From Nitrospinaceae bacterium (GTDB lineage: Bacteria > Nitrospinota > Nitrospinia > Nitrospinales > Nitrospinaceae), in NCBI GenBank assembly GCA_965223665.1, contig OZ245011.1, forward strand, positions 3,232,001 to 3,296,000: a stretch of 64,000 nucleotides of DNA, written 5' to 3'. Made by a program: the position numbers and the translations under genes. The notes beneath the pieces were generated by a model. It did no database searches. It saw only the letters and a list, made by a program, of their open reading frames with translations, and was not told where the DNA came from. Below are positions 50,480 to 61,065 of this stretch, in pieces (positions within the stretch are counted from its first letter, which is position 1; every line of letters begins with the position of its first letter).

Positions 50480-53224
50480 ATGGACGATATGTGGCCGATT
50501 ATCAATGAATTTTTAACGGAAAGCTACGAGAATCTTGATCAGTTAGATCAAGACTTAGTAGAGTTAGAGGCCCATCCGGATGAACAAAGCTTATTAGCTA
50601 GTATTTTCAGAACTATTCATACTATAAAAGGAACTTGCGGGTTCTTGGGATTTACAAAATTAGAATCTGTTGCCCATGTCGGAGAAAATCTTTTAAGTAA
50701 ACTTCGAGATGGTGAATTGAGTATGACCCCTGCAATTGCAAGCGCCCTTCTTTCAATGGTTGACGCAATTCGACAAGTTTTATCCTGCATTGAAAAAGAC
50801 CAAAATGAAGGAGATGTGGATTATTCTGCCTTGGTAGAAACTTTAACTCGACTACAAGCTGGAGAAGATGTTGAGCTTGATAAGGTATCTACGCCTCAAG
50901 CGCCAACAGATAAATCCGACTCATCCCCCGAAGAATCAAAAAGTGAAGAACTGGGAGTGGCGGTTTCAGCCGAAGAAAAAACAGAAAACGCTTCATCATC
51001 TACTTCAGATTCCTCTGGAAAATCTCCCTTAGAACAATTGGGTGGACATGTTTTTATCGAATTAACAGTAGATATGCTCTATGACAAATTAATTAAAGAT
51101 GAAAGAGTAAATCAATTTTTTGAAGGATTGGATTTAGTTGTCCTTCGCCGGAATATGCGGGAATTTCTTGTTGGTTCACTTAAAGAACCTTCTGAAGATC
51201 TAAGCTCAGAATTGAAGGATTCTCATCAAACCTTGGCGGAAAAAGGGTTTGCCGATTCCCATTTTGAAGTTGTAATGGAAAACTTGGGAACTACCCTCCA
51301 GGCATTAAATATGAAAGAAGAGTTTGCTAGCTTGGTTACAGCAAAAGTCCTTTCAGTTAAGGATAAACTTCTAAATAAAGGAGATTCAAAAAGTACTTCT
51401 TCAGAACAACCCAATTCGGCAATTGTTTCTAGTGAAAGTGTGCAATCTGGCCAAGAATCCAAGCCAACGCAAGAAATTCAAAAAGTATCTGAAAAAAATG
51501 AAAATCCTTCCTCTTCCAGTGAAAGTAAACCTTCCAATCCGGGAACTCCTCCAAGTCGATCTTCTGAGAGTATACGTGTCGATGTAGAAATGTTGGATTC
51601 CTTAATGAATTTAGTTGGAGAACTTGTTTTAGCACGAAATCAAATAATGCAGTTTACAACAACCGAAAAAGATGCGACCTTTATTGCCACAACTCAACAT
51701 CTTAATCAATTGACAACAGAGTTGCAGGAAGGGGTTATGAAAACTCGGATGCAACCCATTGGGAACATTTGGAATAAGTTTCCTAGGGTAGTAAGAGATT
51801 TATCCCATTCTGTAAATAAACAGGTCCGTTTGGAAATGGAAGGAAAAGAGACGGAGCTTGATAAAACACTAATTGAAGCGATTAAGGATCCTCTAACACA
51901 TATTGTACGTAATTCAGTGGATCACGGAATTGAATCACCTGAGGCCCGGCAATCAAAGGGAAAAAATCCGGAGGGAGTATTAAAGCTTCGTGCGTATCAT
52001 GAGGGTGGTCAGGTTAATATTGACATCATTGATGATGGGGGTGGAATTGATCCTGAAAAGATCCGTCAAAAAGCGCTATCCAAAAATTTAATCACTCAAC
52101 AGCAATCTACAAAAATGAGTGACCGGGAAGTCGTCAATTTGATTTTTAACCCCGGTTTTTCTACCGCCGAAAAAGTTTCAAATATTTCGGGTCGCGGCGT
52201 AGGAATGGATGTTGTCAAAACTAATATAGAGAAGATTGGTGGAACAGTTGATATTCAAACAAAAGTTAATGAAGGTACTTCCTTAAAAGTTAAAATCCCT
52301 TTAACTTTGGCAATTATTCCAGCTTTGGTGGTGAAATGCGGAGGTTGGCGATATGCCATTCCACAAGTAAGTTTAGTTGAATTAGTAAGATTAGAAGCTG
52401 ACCAGGCGACCCACGGTATTGAGGAAATCCAGGGAGCTCCTGTTTACCGGCTTAGAGGAAATTTACTTCCGTTGGTTTATCTTCATCAAGAATTAGATGT
52501 TAAACAACAATTAGAGGAAGCAGGGGTGGTTAATATTGTGGTCCTCCAAGCAGACAAGCGGCAGTTTGGCCTCGTAGTAGATGGAATTCTTGATACTGAA
52601 GAAATTGTTGTTAAACCTTTGGGTAAGCAATTAAAAGGAATTACTGCATTTGCCGGAGCAACAATAATGGGAGATGGAAAAGTAGCTTTAATTCTAGATG
52701 TGATGGGTTTAGCTCAAAAAGCAAGGGTTCTTTCAGAAGCTTCTCACGGACAATCTGCATCCGACGCAACAGAAAAATCAACATCGAGAAATGGAGAATT
52801 ACAAACTCTATTGATTTTCTCTTTGGGACAAGAAGGACGTATGGCGGTCCCGCTATCCATGGTGGCCCGTTTAGAAGAATTCAAACGAGGTACCATAGAG
52901 CATTCGGGTGATCAAGATGTGGTCCAATATCGCGGTGAGATAATGCCATTAATTTATTTATCCGATGTTTTTGGAGGAATGCGACCTGAGACCGAAGAAA
53001 TGCAAGTTATAGTTTACTCTGCACAAGGTCGCAGCGTAGGGGTTGTAGTAGGAGAAATAATTGATATTGTCGAAGAGATGGTTACAGTTAAGCAGGGTTC
53101 TGGTGGGCAAGGTGTATTAGGATCGGCCGTTGTCCATGGTAAGGTTACAGATTTATTGGATGTCGAAGGGGTAATACGTTCTGCGGATCCAAGTTTTTAC
53201 GATGAATCATTGATGGTGGGTTAA
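50480..53224 (+). CDS. cheA: Chemotaxis histidine kinase CheA with inserted truncated-hemoglobin domain and extra C-terminal CheW domain
   Basis: HPT (IFRTIHTIKG), globin-like aa ~182-300, P3 (SIRVDV...LMNLVGELV), P4 (RNSVDHGIE, SGRGVGMDVV), P5 and a second CheW-like domain; SD AAGGAG. Confidence 0.95.
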   Translation: MDDMWPIINEFLTESYENLDQLDQDLVELEAHPDEQSLLASIFRTIHTIKGTCGFLGFTKLESVAHVGENLLSKLRDGELSMTPAIASALLSMVDAIRQVLSCIEKDQNEGDVDYSALVETLTRLQAGEDVELDKVSTPQAPTDKSDSSPEESKSEELGVAVSAEEKTENASSSTSDSSGKSPLEQLGGHVFIELTVDMLYDKLIKDERVNQFFEGLDLVVLRRNMREFLVGSLKEPSEDLSSELKDSHQTLAEKGFADSHFEVVMENLGTTLQALNMKEEFASLVTAKVLSVKDKLLNKGDSKSTSSEQPNSAIVSSESVQSGQESKPTQEIQKVSEKNENPSSSSESKPSNPGTPPSRSSESIRVDVEMLDSLMNLVGELVLARNQIMQFTTTEKDATFIATTQHLNQLTTELQEGVMKTRMQPIGNIWNKFPRVVRDLSHSVNKQVRLEMEGKETELDKTLIEAIKDPLTHIVRNSVDHGIESPEARQSKGKNPEGVLKLRAYHEGGQVNIDIIDDGGGIDPEKIRQKALSKNLITQQQSTKMSDREVVNLIFNPGFSTAEKVSNISGRGVGMDVVKTNIEKIGGTVDIQTKVNEGTSLKVKIPLTLAIIPALVVKCGGWRYAIPQVSLVELVRLEADQATHGIEEIQGAPVYRLRGNLLPLVYLHQELDVKQQLEEAGVVNIVVLQADKRQFGLVVDGILDTEEIVVKPLGKQLKGITAFAGATIMGDGKVALILDVMGLAQKARVLSEASHGQSASDATEKSTSRNGELQTLLIFSLGQEGRMAVPLSMVARLEEFKRGTIEHSGDQDVVQYRGEIMPLIYLSDVFGGMRPETEEMQVIVYSAQGRSVGVVVGEIIDIVEEMVTVKQGSGGQGVLGSAVVHGKVTDLLDVEGVIRSADPSFYDESLMVG

Positions 53225-53235
53225 GGAGGAAATAA

Positions 53236-53682
53236 ATGTCAAGCACTACCAAACAATATTGTACTTTCTATTTAGATAATCACTATTTTGGAATTGATGT
53301 ATTAGACGTACAAGAGGTATTTCGTTTTCAAGAAATGACTACTGTGCCTTTAGCCCCTAAAGTAATACGAGGATTAATCAATTTGAGAGGTCAGATCATT
53401 ACAGGAATTGATTTACGGCAAAGGTTGGCTATGGAAGAAAATGCTGACGAAAAACCCCCAATGAATGTTGTGGTTCGTACTCAAGAGGATGTGGTGAGTT
53501 TGTTGGTGGATGAAATTGGTGATGTAATGGAAATTTCTGACGATCATTATGAATCACCACCTGATACTCTTGATGAAAAAATTCGAGAATTGATCACCGG
53601 GGTATATAAACTTGATGGAAAACTACTTTTAGTATTAGACATTAATCGTGTTATGGATTTAAAAGTAGCCATTGCAGCATAA
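53236..53682 (+). CDS. cheW: Chemotaxis coupling protein CheW
   Basis: VQEV, GLINLRGQI, LLVDEIGDV; SD AAGGAGG. Confidence 0.95.
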   Translation: MSSTTKQYCTFYLDNHYFGIDVLDVQEVFRFQEMTTVPLAPKVIRGLINLRGQIITGIDLRQRLAMEENADEKPPMNVVVRTQEDVVSLLVDEIGDVMEISDDHYESPPDTLDEKIRELITGVYKLDGKLLLVLDINRVMDLKVAIAA

Positions 53683-53741
53683 TTGTTTTTGAAATGTTTA
53701 TTTGCTGAAGTGCTTTAAAGGCTTCAGTGAATAACTTTCTA

Positions 53742-56700
53742 TTAAAGGGCGGTTCTTAAAAAAGTATCCATTGAATCCCTATAAAGTGACCTAACCTTTT
53801 TGGTCACTTTTAAATATTCTTCCATAAATAAATTTCCTTGTTCTTCAAAATCCTTTCCGGGGAAATTTAACATTCTGCCCAGTACTCCCAAAGTTTCTTT
53901 ATCTTGGGGAAGATAATTTGAGTACCGCGAATTTAGGAGTCTTAACGCGCACTCTAAATTACGAAGAAAATGATAGTATTTTCCGAGTTCTTCTCCCTGT
54001 TCGTAAGGTAAAATTCCATAGGAGGACAAATTCTGAATTAAATGGAATACATTTGTTTCCCGAAGCTTAGGGTAACGATGTCCATGCATCATTTGTAGAA
54101 TTTGTACCATGAATTCGATATCTGCCAGACCCCCAAAACCTAATTTTACATTTTTCCCCTTCTTTATCTCCTGACCAATTTCTTTTTCCATTCTTTCACG
54201 TAATCTTGCAATTTCAATTAAGGAATCGTATTTAAATTTTTTGGGGTAACTAAATCCCTGTGCAATTTCAATAAACTTTTTTCCCACCTCTGGATTACCT
54301 GCCACAAAGCGTGCACGGGTCATCGCCTGTTGTTCCCAAATTTGACCTCGATGGTTAAAGTAATCTTTATAACCATTCAAAGAAATTACTAAAGCCCCAC
54401 GACTTCCTTCAGGTCTAAGATCAGTATCGATTTTGTAAGCAAGGCCTTCAGAAGTCATTTCTGTGGAAAGTTGATATACTTTTTGTGCGAGAGACGAGTA
54501 CCAACTCACTAAATCTCCTTCAATGTATTTTTTAAAATTTTCATTTTCCTCATAAACAAATACAATATCTAAATCCGAACCAAAATTTAATTCCTTTCCC
54601 CCTAGTTTTCCTAATCCAATGATTGCAAATTGATGAGAAATCGGATTCAAAGAATTTTGAAATGCCTTATGTGTTAAAGCTAAATTTAAAACATTTTTTA
54701 AATAAATATCTGCCAAGTTCGATAAATCTGCCAAAGTCTCCGGCAGTCCTGTTTCACCTATTAAATATTTGATTCCAATTCGCAATTCTTCTCCGTTTTT
54801 AAACTTTCGGAGAAAAACATTTTTATTATTTTCTCCATCTTGTTTTTCTAAAGCATCGTTAAGATCTTTGGTCATTTCCTCCGGAGTTTTAAATCGGTAA
54901 ATTGACCCTGGATTAGACAATACATCAATTAAATAGGGCCGTTTTACCAGAAGTTGAGAAAGGACTTCACTTCCACCAAATAAAATTAAAAGTAATTCTA
55001 AAAACTTTTCATTTTCAGTAAATATAGCCAAAAAGGCATCTCGGGATTGACTTGCTTCCACAAACTTGACTAAATTTTCTATTGCAGAATTTGGATTGGG
55101 TACTTTTTTACAAAATTCTAATAGTGTTGGAAGCATCGAATAGAAGTCTCGAATACTACGTTCACTCGGATGAGAAAACTTGGGGCCATCGCGCAAATTT
55201 TTCAAGAAAGTAAAAGTTCTTTCTGGGTCTTTATAGTTAAAATCATTTAGCAACTCTGGACTGAATCTGGATTCTAGTTTTTTTTGGGCATCCCACTTTT
55301 GAAAAGTATTGTCTGCCGCTTTCTGATCTTTATCTTCTTTAAATAAATTAGCAAACATTTTAGCGACATATTCTGTATGTCTTTCAAATTCTGAGTTCAA
55401 AGCTAATACTAAGGCTTCATTGGTAGTACCTTTTAACCCCATTTTCCTTGCCAACACGGCTAAGTCGGTTTCATTTTTTGGTAGATGGTATGTTTGTAAA
55501 CCAAATGATATTTGAACTCGATTTTCTAAATTTCTCAGGAAAATATAAGCTTCTTTTAATTTTAAATATTCTTCTTCATTTAGAAAATCACGATTTCTTA
55601 ATTTTTTTAATACGTTCAAAGTATTTGCTTCTCGAAGTTGAATGTCCTGACCTCCAAATAAAAGCTGATATGCTTGGACAATGAATTCGACTTCACGGAT
55701 TCCTCCTGGCCCGAGTTTAATATGTCCTTTTTCTAACTTTTTCTTTTTTAAATCCAGGTCTACCTTTTTTTTAAGATTTTTAATTTCTTCAATGGCATTG
55801 AAATCCAAGCTTTTTCGATAAATGAAAGGTCGGATCATTGAAAAAAACTCTTCTCCTAAAGTTTCACTACCTGCTGAAACCCGAGCTTTAATTAAAGCTT
55901 GCCGTTCCCAGGTTCTTCCCCAGGATTGATAATAAATTTCGCAACTTGCCAGTGAGTTTACAATTTCCCCACTTTTTCCTTCCGGTCGAAGGTCGAGATC
56001 GACCCGAAAGACGTTTCCTTCTGAGGTGATCTCATTTATGGTTTGTGTGACTAACCTTGCAAACTTAGTATGATATTCGTGGTTGCTGATAGATGTGGTA
56101 GATGTATTATGGGGATCTTGAGACTGAGTTTCTCCCATACTGGAACCGTATATATAAATGAGATCAACATCTGAGCTGTAATTAAGTTCTTTTCCGCCAA
56201 GTTTTCCCATTGATAAAACTGTAAATTCAGATTCTAAAATTTTTCCATTTGGGTCTTTGAAAATGGGAGTTCCATATTTCTTTTTTAAAACTTTTTCCGA
56301 GTAATCGCAGGCAATTTGTAAACAGACATCTGCTAAATCAGATAAATTCTCCACATTTTCTTTCAGGGAGACTAAGCCCATTAAGTCACGCAAACCTATC
56401 CTTATATATTCACGTTTTTTAAACTTTCTTAAAAGCGATGGGATTTGTTCGTTTGAATAATTGAGGCCCGCCATTTCGTAAAACTCACGATAAAGCACGT
56501 TCTTGGTTTTAGAAACGGTTAGCATTCCTTCTTGGCTAAGCCAGTCAATATAAGAAGGATTACTTAAGAGAGTGTCTGTAAGGACTTGGCTTCCAGAGAA
56601 TAGTGTTATTAATGTTTTTAAAAATTCAGGAGAAAGAGCTAAAAGAGAATATAAATGTTCTTTATCTAATATTTTTTCCGTTAATCGGTCAAAATTATTT

Positions 56701-56921
56701 AAGGCGGTATCCGCTTTGTAAGAATTTTTTAGACAGTTAAAAAGTGAAGGAAAAAATGTTGGGTATAAATCTCTGAAATTTGCTTGGAGGGAGATGTTAG
56801 AAAAAATTTGCCAAGCTTTTTGAGGCTCGTCAAGATTTAGTTGGCGAAGAACATCATCAAATTGTTCTTCCCAAGGTGTTTTTTCAAAAATAAGATGAGG
56901 TAAGTCCGTAAGCTCAATCAT
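53742..56921 (-). CDS. glnE: Glutamine synthetase adenylyltransferase/deadenylylase
   Basis: Two nucleotidyltransferase domains: MGKLGGKELNYSSDVDL...DLRPEG and LGKLGGKELNFGSDLD...DLRPEG. Confidence 0.95.
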   Translation of the reverse strand: MIELTDLPHLIFEKTPWEEQFDDVLRQLNLDEPQKAWQIFSNISLQANFRDLYPTFFPSLFNCLKNSYKADTALNNFDRLTEKILDKEHLYSLLALSPEFLKTLITLFSGSQVLTDTLLSNPSYIDWLSQEGMLTVSKTKNVLYREFYEMAGLNYSNEQIPSLLRKFKKREYIRIGLRDLMGLVSLKENVENLSDLADVCLQIACDYSEKVLKKKYGTPIFKDPNGKILESEFTVLSMGKLGGKELNYSSDVDLIYIYGSSMGETQSQDPHNTSTTSISNHEYHTKFARLVTQTINEITSEGNVFRVDLDLRPEGKSGEIVNSLASCEIYYQSWGRTWERQALIKARVSAGSETLGEEFFSMIRPFIYRKSLDFNAIEEIKNLKKKVDLDLKKKKLEKGHIKLGPGGIREVEFIVQAYQLLFGGQDIQLREANTLNVLKKLRNRDFLNEEEYLKLKEAYIFLRNLENRVQISFGLQTYHLPKNETDLAVLARKMGLKGTTNEALVLALNSEFERHTEYVAKMFANLFKEDKDQKAADNTFQKWDAQKKLESRFSPELLNDFNYKDPERTFTFLKNLRDGPKFSHPSERSIRDFYSMLPTLLEFCKKVPNPNSAIENLVKFVEASQSRDAFLAIFTENEKFLELLLILFGGSEVLSQLLVKRPYLIDVLSNPGSIYRFKTPEEMTKDLNDALEKQDGENNKNVFLRKFKNGEELRIGIKYLIGETGLPETLADLSNLADIYLKNVLNLALTHKAFQNSLNPISHQFAIIGLGKLGGKELNFGSDLDIVFVYEENENFKKYIEGDLVSWYSSLAQKVYQLSTEMTSEGLAYKIDTDLRPEGSRGALVISLNGYKDYFNHRGQIWEQQAMTRARFVAGNPEVGKKFIEIAQGFSYPKKFKYDSLIEIARLRERMEKEIGQEIKKGKNVKLGFGGLADIEFMVQILQMMHGHRYPKLRETNVFHLIQNLSSYGILPYEQGEELGKYYHFLRNLECALRLLNSRYSNYLPQDKETLGVLGRMLNFPGKDFEEQGNLFMEEYLKVTKKVRSLYRDSMDTFLRTAL

Positions 56922-56956
56922 TGGTTTCCTAAAACTGAACCCCGGTAAAATAAATT

Positions 56957-56986
56957 ATAACCTCCCTGAATTTTCAGGGAGGTTAT
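56957..56986 (-). terminator. Strong hairpin between glnA and glnE
   Basis: ATAACCTCCCTGA-ATTT-TCAGGGAGGTTAT, a perfect 13-bp stem. The minus-strand U-tract is weak, so read-through into glnE is likely. Confidence 0.7.
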
Positions 56987-57025
56987 TTTATTATGAACAA
57001 AAGATAATTTTAACAAGAATTTGGA

Positions 57026-58438
57026 TTAAGCATCATAGTATAAGAAAAACTCATAAGGATGCGGTCGGAGACGAATTTCATCCAATTCAGTTTCCTGTTT
57101 ATAGGAAATCCATCTGTCCACAACATCTTGAGTAAAAACATCTCCTTTTAATAGAAACTCATGATCCTGTTCCAATGCACCCAAAGCTTCCTCGAGAGAA
57201 CCGGGCAACCGGGGAATGTTAGCAAGTTCTTCAGGTCCCAAAGCATAAATATCTTTATCCATTGGTTCGCCAGGATCAATTTTGTTTTCAATTCCATCTA
57301 AACCTGCCATTAACATTGCGGTAAAAGCTAAATATCCATTACTGGTCGGATCTGGAAATCGACATTCTAGTCGTTTGGCTTTTGGGCTTGGCGAATACAT
57401 TGGAATTCGAACCGCCGCACTTCTATTTCGACTACTATAAGCTAAGTTCACAGGAGCCTCAAAACCTGGAACTAATCGTTTGTAAGAGTTTGCTGTTGGA
57501 GCAACAAAAGCTGCTAAGGCCCTTGCATGTTTCAGTATTCCTCCAATGTAGTGCAATCCCATTTCACTAAAACCTGCATAACCATTCCCTGCAAATAATG
57601 GATTGCCATCCTTCCAGATACTTTGATGAACATGCATTCCGGATCCATTATCTCCATAGATTGGTTTCGGCATAAATGTAGCAGTTTTATTATGTTGTCT
57701 TGCTACATTTTTAACAATGTATTTATACCACATTAAATTATCACCACATTTTACTAGTGGAGAATAACGCATATCAATTTCACATTGACCGCCAGAAGCA
57801 ACTTCATGATGGTGACATTCCATATCGATGCCTACCTTTTGCATTAGCAAAGTCATTTCTGTTCGCATATCTGCCAGGCTATCACTTGGGGAGACAGGAA
57901 AGTATCCCTCTTTATACCTTGGTTTATAACCCAGGTTAGGGCCTTCATCACGACCTGTATTCCAGTTTCCTTCTTTAGAATCTACATAATACGCAGCCAT
58001 ATTGATATCGGATTCATATCTGACATCATCAAATACAAAAAATTCTGGTTCAGGACCAAAATAAGCAGTATCGCCCAGACCTGTTGACTTTAAATAAGCC
58101 TCAGCCTTTTGCGCAATATTCCTGGGGTCACGTGTATATTTTTCTTTTGTAATTGGGTCCACAATATTACAAATCATACTTAGAGTGGGGACTTGGAAAA
58201 ATGGATCCATGACAGCGGTTTCACCATCTGGGATAACAAGCATATCGCTGGCATTAATTGCCTGCCAACCCCGGATACTCGAACCATCAAAACCTAACCC
58301 CTCCTCGAACATATGTTCTACAAGTTCACTGATCGGCACTGCAAAGTGTTGCCAGCTTCCAATGAGGTCCATAAATTTAAGGTCCACCATTTCCGCATTA
58401 TTTTGTTTTGCAAAATCAATTACCTCTTTTGGTGTCAT
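57026..58438 (-). CDS. glnA: Glutamine synthetase type I
   Basis: [40 protein letters not shown], adenylylation loop MDKDIY. Confidence 0.98.
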   Translation of the reverse strand: MTPKEVIDFAKQNNAEMVDLKFMDLIGSWQHFAVPISELVEHMFEEGLGFDGSSIRGWQAINASDMLVIPDGETAVMDPFFQVPTLSMICNIVDPITKEKYTRDPRNIAQKAEAYLKSTGLGDTAYFGPEPEFFVFDDVRYESDINMAAYYVDSKEGNWNTGRDEGPNLGYKPRYKEGYFPVSPSDSLADMRTEMTLLMQKVGIDMECHHHEVASGGQCEIDMRYSPLVKCGDNLMWYKYIVKNVARQHNKTATFMPKPIYGDNGSGMHVHQSIWKDGNPLFAGNGYAGFSEMGLHYIGGILKHARALAAFVAPTANSYKRLVPGFEAPVNLAYSSRNRSAAVRIPMYSPSPKAKRLECRFPDPTSNGYLAFTAMLMAGLDGIENKIDPGEPMDKDIYALGPEELANIPRLPGSLEEALGALEQDHEFLLKGDVFTQDVVDRWISYKQETELDEIRLRPHPYEFFLYYDA

Positions 58439-58540
58439 TAGACCCTCTCCTCCTTCTTTTTAGTTTGACCGTTTATCAAAGTTATTTATATAAATTAATT
58501 TTCTAATTGAAGAAATGGGAAACTGAATAAGCATTTGCTT

Positions 58541-58888
<348 letters not shown>

Positions 58889-59255
58889 TCATTTTTGTTC
58901 CGGCCATTAAATTTTTCGCACTAATATGCCAGTACAGTGTTAGAACTTTTCAATAAAATATAATCTTTGGAAGTTGCCTTAAATCACCAAGGCAAAACCC
59001 TACCATAAATTCCAAACATTACAAAGATTTTTGCAATTCGGAACTTATAGAGCTGATCGTTTCTAAATATAGAATCAATTATCATGCCAATAAGAACGTA
59101 TTTTTCCTTATTAGCCATGAGAATCGGAGGCGTTTAATTTTAAGGGTTTAGAAAAATTCCGGTTAATTATGTGATAAATTAAGGAAAAACTCAATCTTAA
59201 TTATTGCCAAAAAAATCATCATTTCAGAAAACCCTGCCTGAAAATATAGCAGTGC

Positions 59256-59897
59256 TTAACTTGAGCAATCTTCGGTAATTTTACAAAGAATTTCCGTTAA
59301 TTCGTTTTGTTTTTGCTCAATTTGTAGAGAATTTGCTTTTGAGGGAAGTATTATGGGAGAAGCAAATTTTACGGTACAACGTGAGAATGGCAAAGGGAGC
59401 ACTGAACGATCCCAACTTTGAAACTCATATTTTGGATGCGCGTCATAGGTTATTGGAAAAACAGGTGCTCCTGTGATTCTGGAAAGTTGCATGGAGCCCG
59501 CTTGCGCTTGATGTCTAGGGCCCCTTGACCCATCGGCCACGATTCCTACCCCCAAATCTTTTTTTAGTAACTTAACCATTTCCCTGGAGCCCCCAAATGT
59601 GTTTTTAAATGAAGATCCTCTGACAACTTTATAACCAAACAATTGGCAAAGTCTTGCAATCAGGTCCCCATCATGGCTGGGACTTACTAAAACCGTAAAG
59701 TTTTTTAGATTTCGAAAATAGAAAAATAAGTAAAAAAGTCGGCTATGCCAAAACACCAGGACGTATCTTCCAGTTTGGTTCCTAATAATTTTTTCAATTT
59801 CGGGGCTTAAATTTCTATGGCGTAAGGTTAAATACCAAAGGTAAAGAATAAAATACAATAGGGGTGGAAGAATGTAATTAAAGAGAAATCTTTTCAT
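59256..59897 (-). CDS. DUF374 lysophospholipid acyltransferase family (LpxJ-like late lipid A acyltransferase)
   Basis: WHSR, S.S.DGD, VRGSS, DGSRGP, SWDR..LPLPF; directly after lpxB. Confidence 0.8.
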   Translation of the reverse strand: MKRFLFNYILPPLLYFILYLWYLTLRHRNLSPEIEKIIRNQTGRYVLVFWHSRLFYLFFYFRNLKNFTVLVSPSHDGDLIARLCQLFGYKVVRGSSFKNTFGGSREMVKLLKKDLGVGIVADGSRGPRHQAQAGSMQLSRITGAPVFPITYDAHPKYEFQSWDRSVLPLPFSRCTVKFASPIILPSKANSLQIEQKQNELTEILCKITEDCSS

Positions 59898-61050
59898 TAG
59901 AAGTTCGATTAGGAAGGTTTAAAGCTGTAATAATACTATTTGCAATTCGGTCCAAAACCCCTGGTTGGCCGAGTGAACTTCTAACTTCCAACAAACGAGA
60001 ACGAACTGATTTAGATTTTTCAGGATCTAATAGTATTTTTTTTGCTTCCTGAAAAATATTTTCAGGATTTACCTGCTCATTTAAAAGTTCTGGAACTACA
60101 TCCTCCTCTGCCACAATATTAATTAATCCAAATCGAGTGATATCGGTCATCATTCTCCCAATTCGATAGGTTATGGGATGAACTCTGTAAATAATAACCA
60201 TTGGACAACCTAACATTCCTGCTTCCAAAGTTGCTGAACCTGAAGCCATTATAAGGAAATCACTGCAATTCATTACATCATAATTTCTGCCTGACAAAAG
60301 AGAAATGTTGAGAGGGTTTTTTCCCAGTCGTTTCCGAATAACATTAACATCTATGCTGTCGGCAACCGGTAAGAGAAACTGGCTATTTGGCAACTGTTCT
60401 TTGATACGCAATGCAGCTCCTAAGATATCTTTCAAAAGATAATTAATTTCACTCATTCGGCTACCCGGGAACAGCCCAATAATAGGTTCTTCGGGGTTTA
60501 GTTTGAAATCCCGTATGGCTTCTTCTCGAGAAACAGATGGTTTGACAATATCAACAAAAGGATGGCCTAAGAACTCTACATCCATTCCGGTTTCTTTGTA
60601 AATTTTTTCTTCAAATGGAAGTATTACATACATTTTTTTTCCTGTTTCATGAATTGTATGAATACGACTCATTCGAGAGGCCCAAATTTGGGGGCTGATA
60701 AAATAAAAAACGGGACAATTATATTTTTTGCAGTATTTGGCTAATCTTAAATTGAAAGCCGGGTAATTAACTAGAATGGCGCCAATATATTTCTGCTTTT
60801 TTAATTCTTTGACTAAAGTCCTAAATATTTTTATATGATGCCAAAGGGTGCTAAAAAATTCGAATAGGCCCATTCCTCCCATGCGATCAATGTTAAATTG
60901 AGTCTTAACTCCTGCGGCCTGCATTTTACTGCCCCCAACTCCTTCGAATTCTAAAGCAGGATAATTTTTTTTAAGGGCAGTGACTAAGTTTCCTCCATGC
61001 AAATCACCAGAAGCTTCCCCGGCTACAACTAGTATTTTTTGTGCGGACAT
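59878..61050 (-). CDS. lpxB: Lipid-A-disaccharide synthase
   Basis: AGEASGDLHG, SPQIWASR, LPFE, GHP, PGSR..E, SGSATLE. Confidence 0.95.
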   Translation of the reverse strand: MSAQKILVVAGEASGDLHGGNLVTALKKNYPALEFEGVGGSKMQAAGVKTQFNIDRMGGMGLFEFFSTLWHHIKIFRTLVKELKKQKYIGAILVNYPAFNLRLAKYCKKYNCPVFYFISPQIWASRMSRIHTIHETGKKMYVILPFEEKIYKETGMDVEFLGHPFVDIVKPSVSREEAIRDFKLNPEEPIIGLFPGSRMSEINYLLKDILGAALRIKEQLPNSQFLLPVADSIDVNVIRKRLGKNPLNISLLSGRNYDVMNCSDFLIMASGSATLEAGMLGCPMVIIYRVHPITYRIGRMMTDITRFGLINIVAEEDVVPELLNEQVNPENIFQEAKKILLDPEKSKSVRSRLLEVRSSLGQPGVLDRIANSIITALNLPNRTSNEKISL

Positions 61051-61065
61051 TGGTTGATAAAATTT

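Noticed and set aside
58916-58932. TGGCATATTAGTGCG just upstream of glnB as a sigma-54 promoter
   Set aside because: GG-to-GC spacing is 9 nt instead of the required 10.
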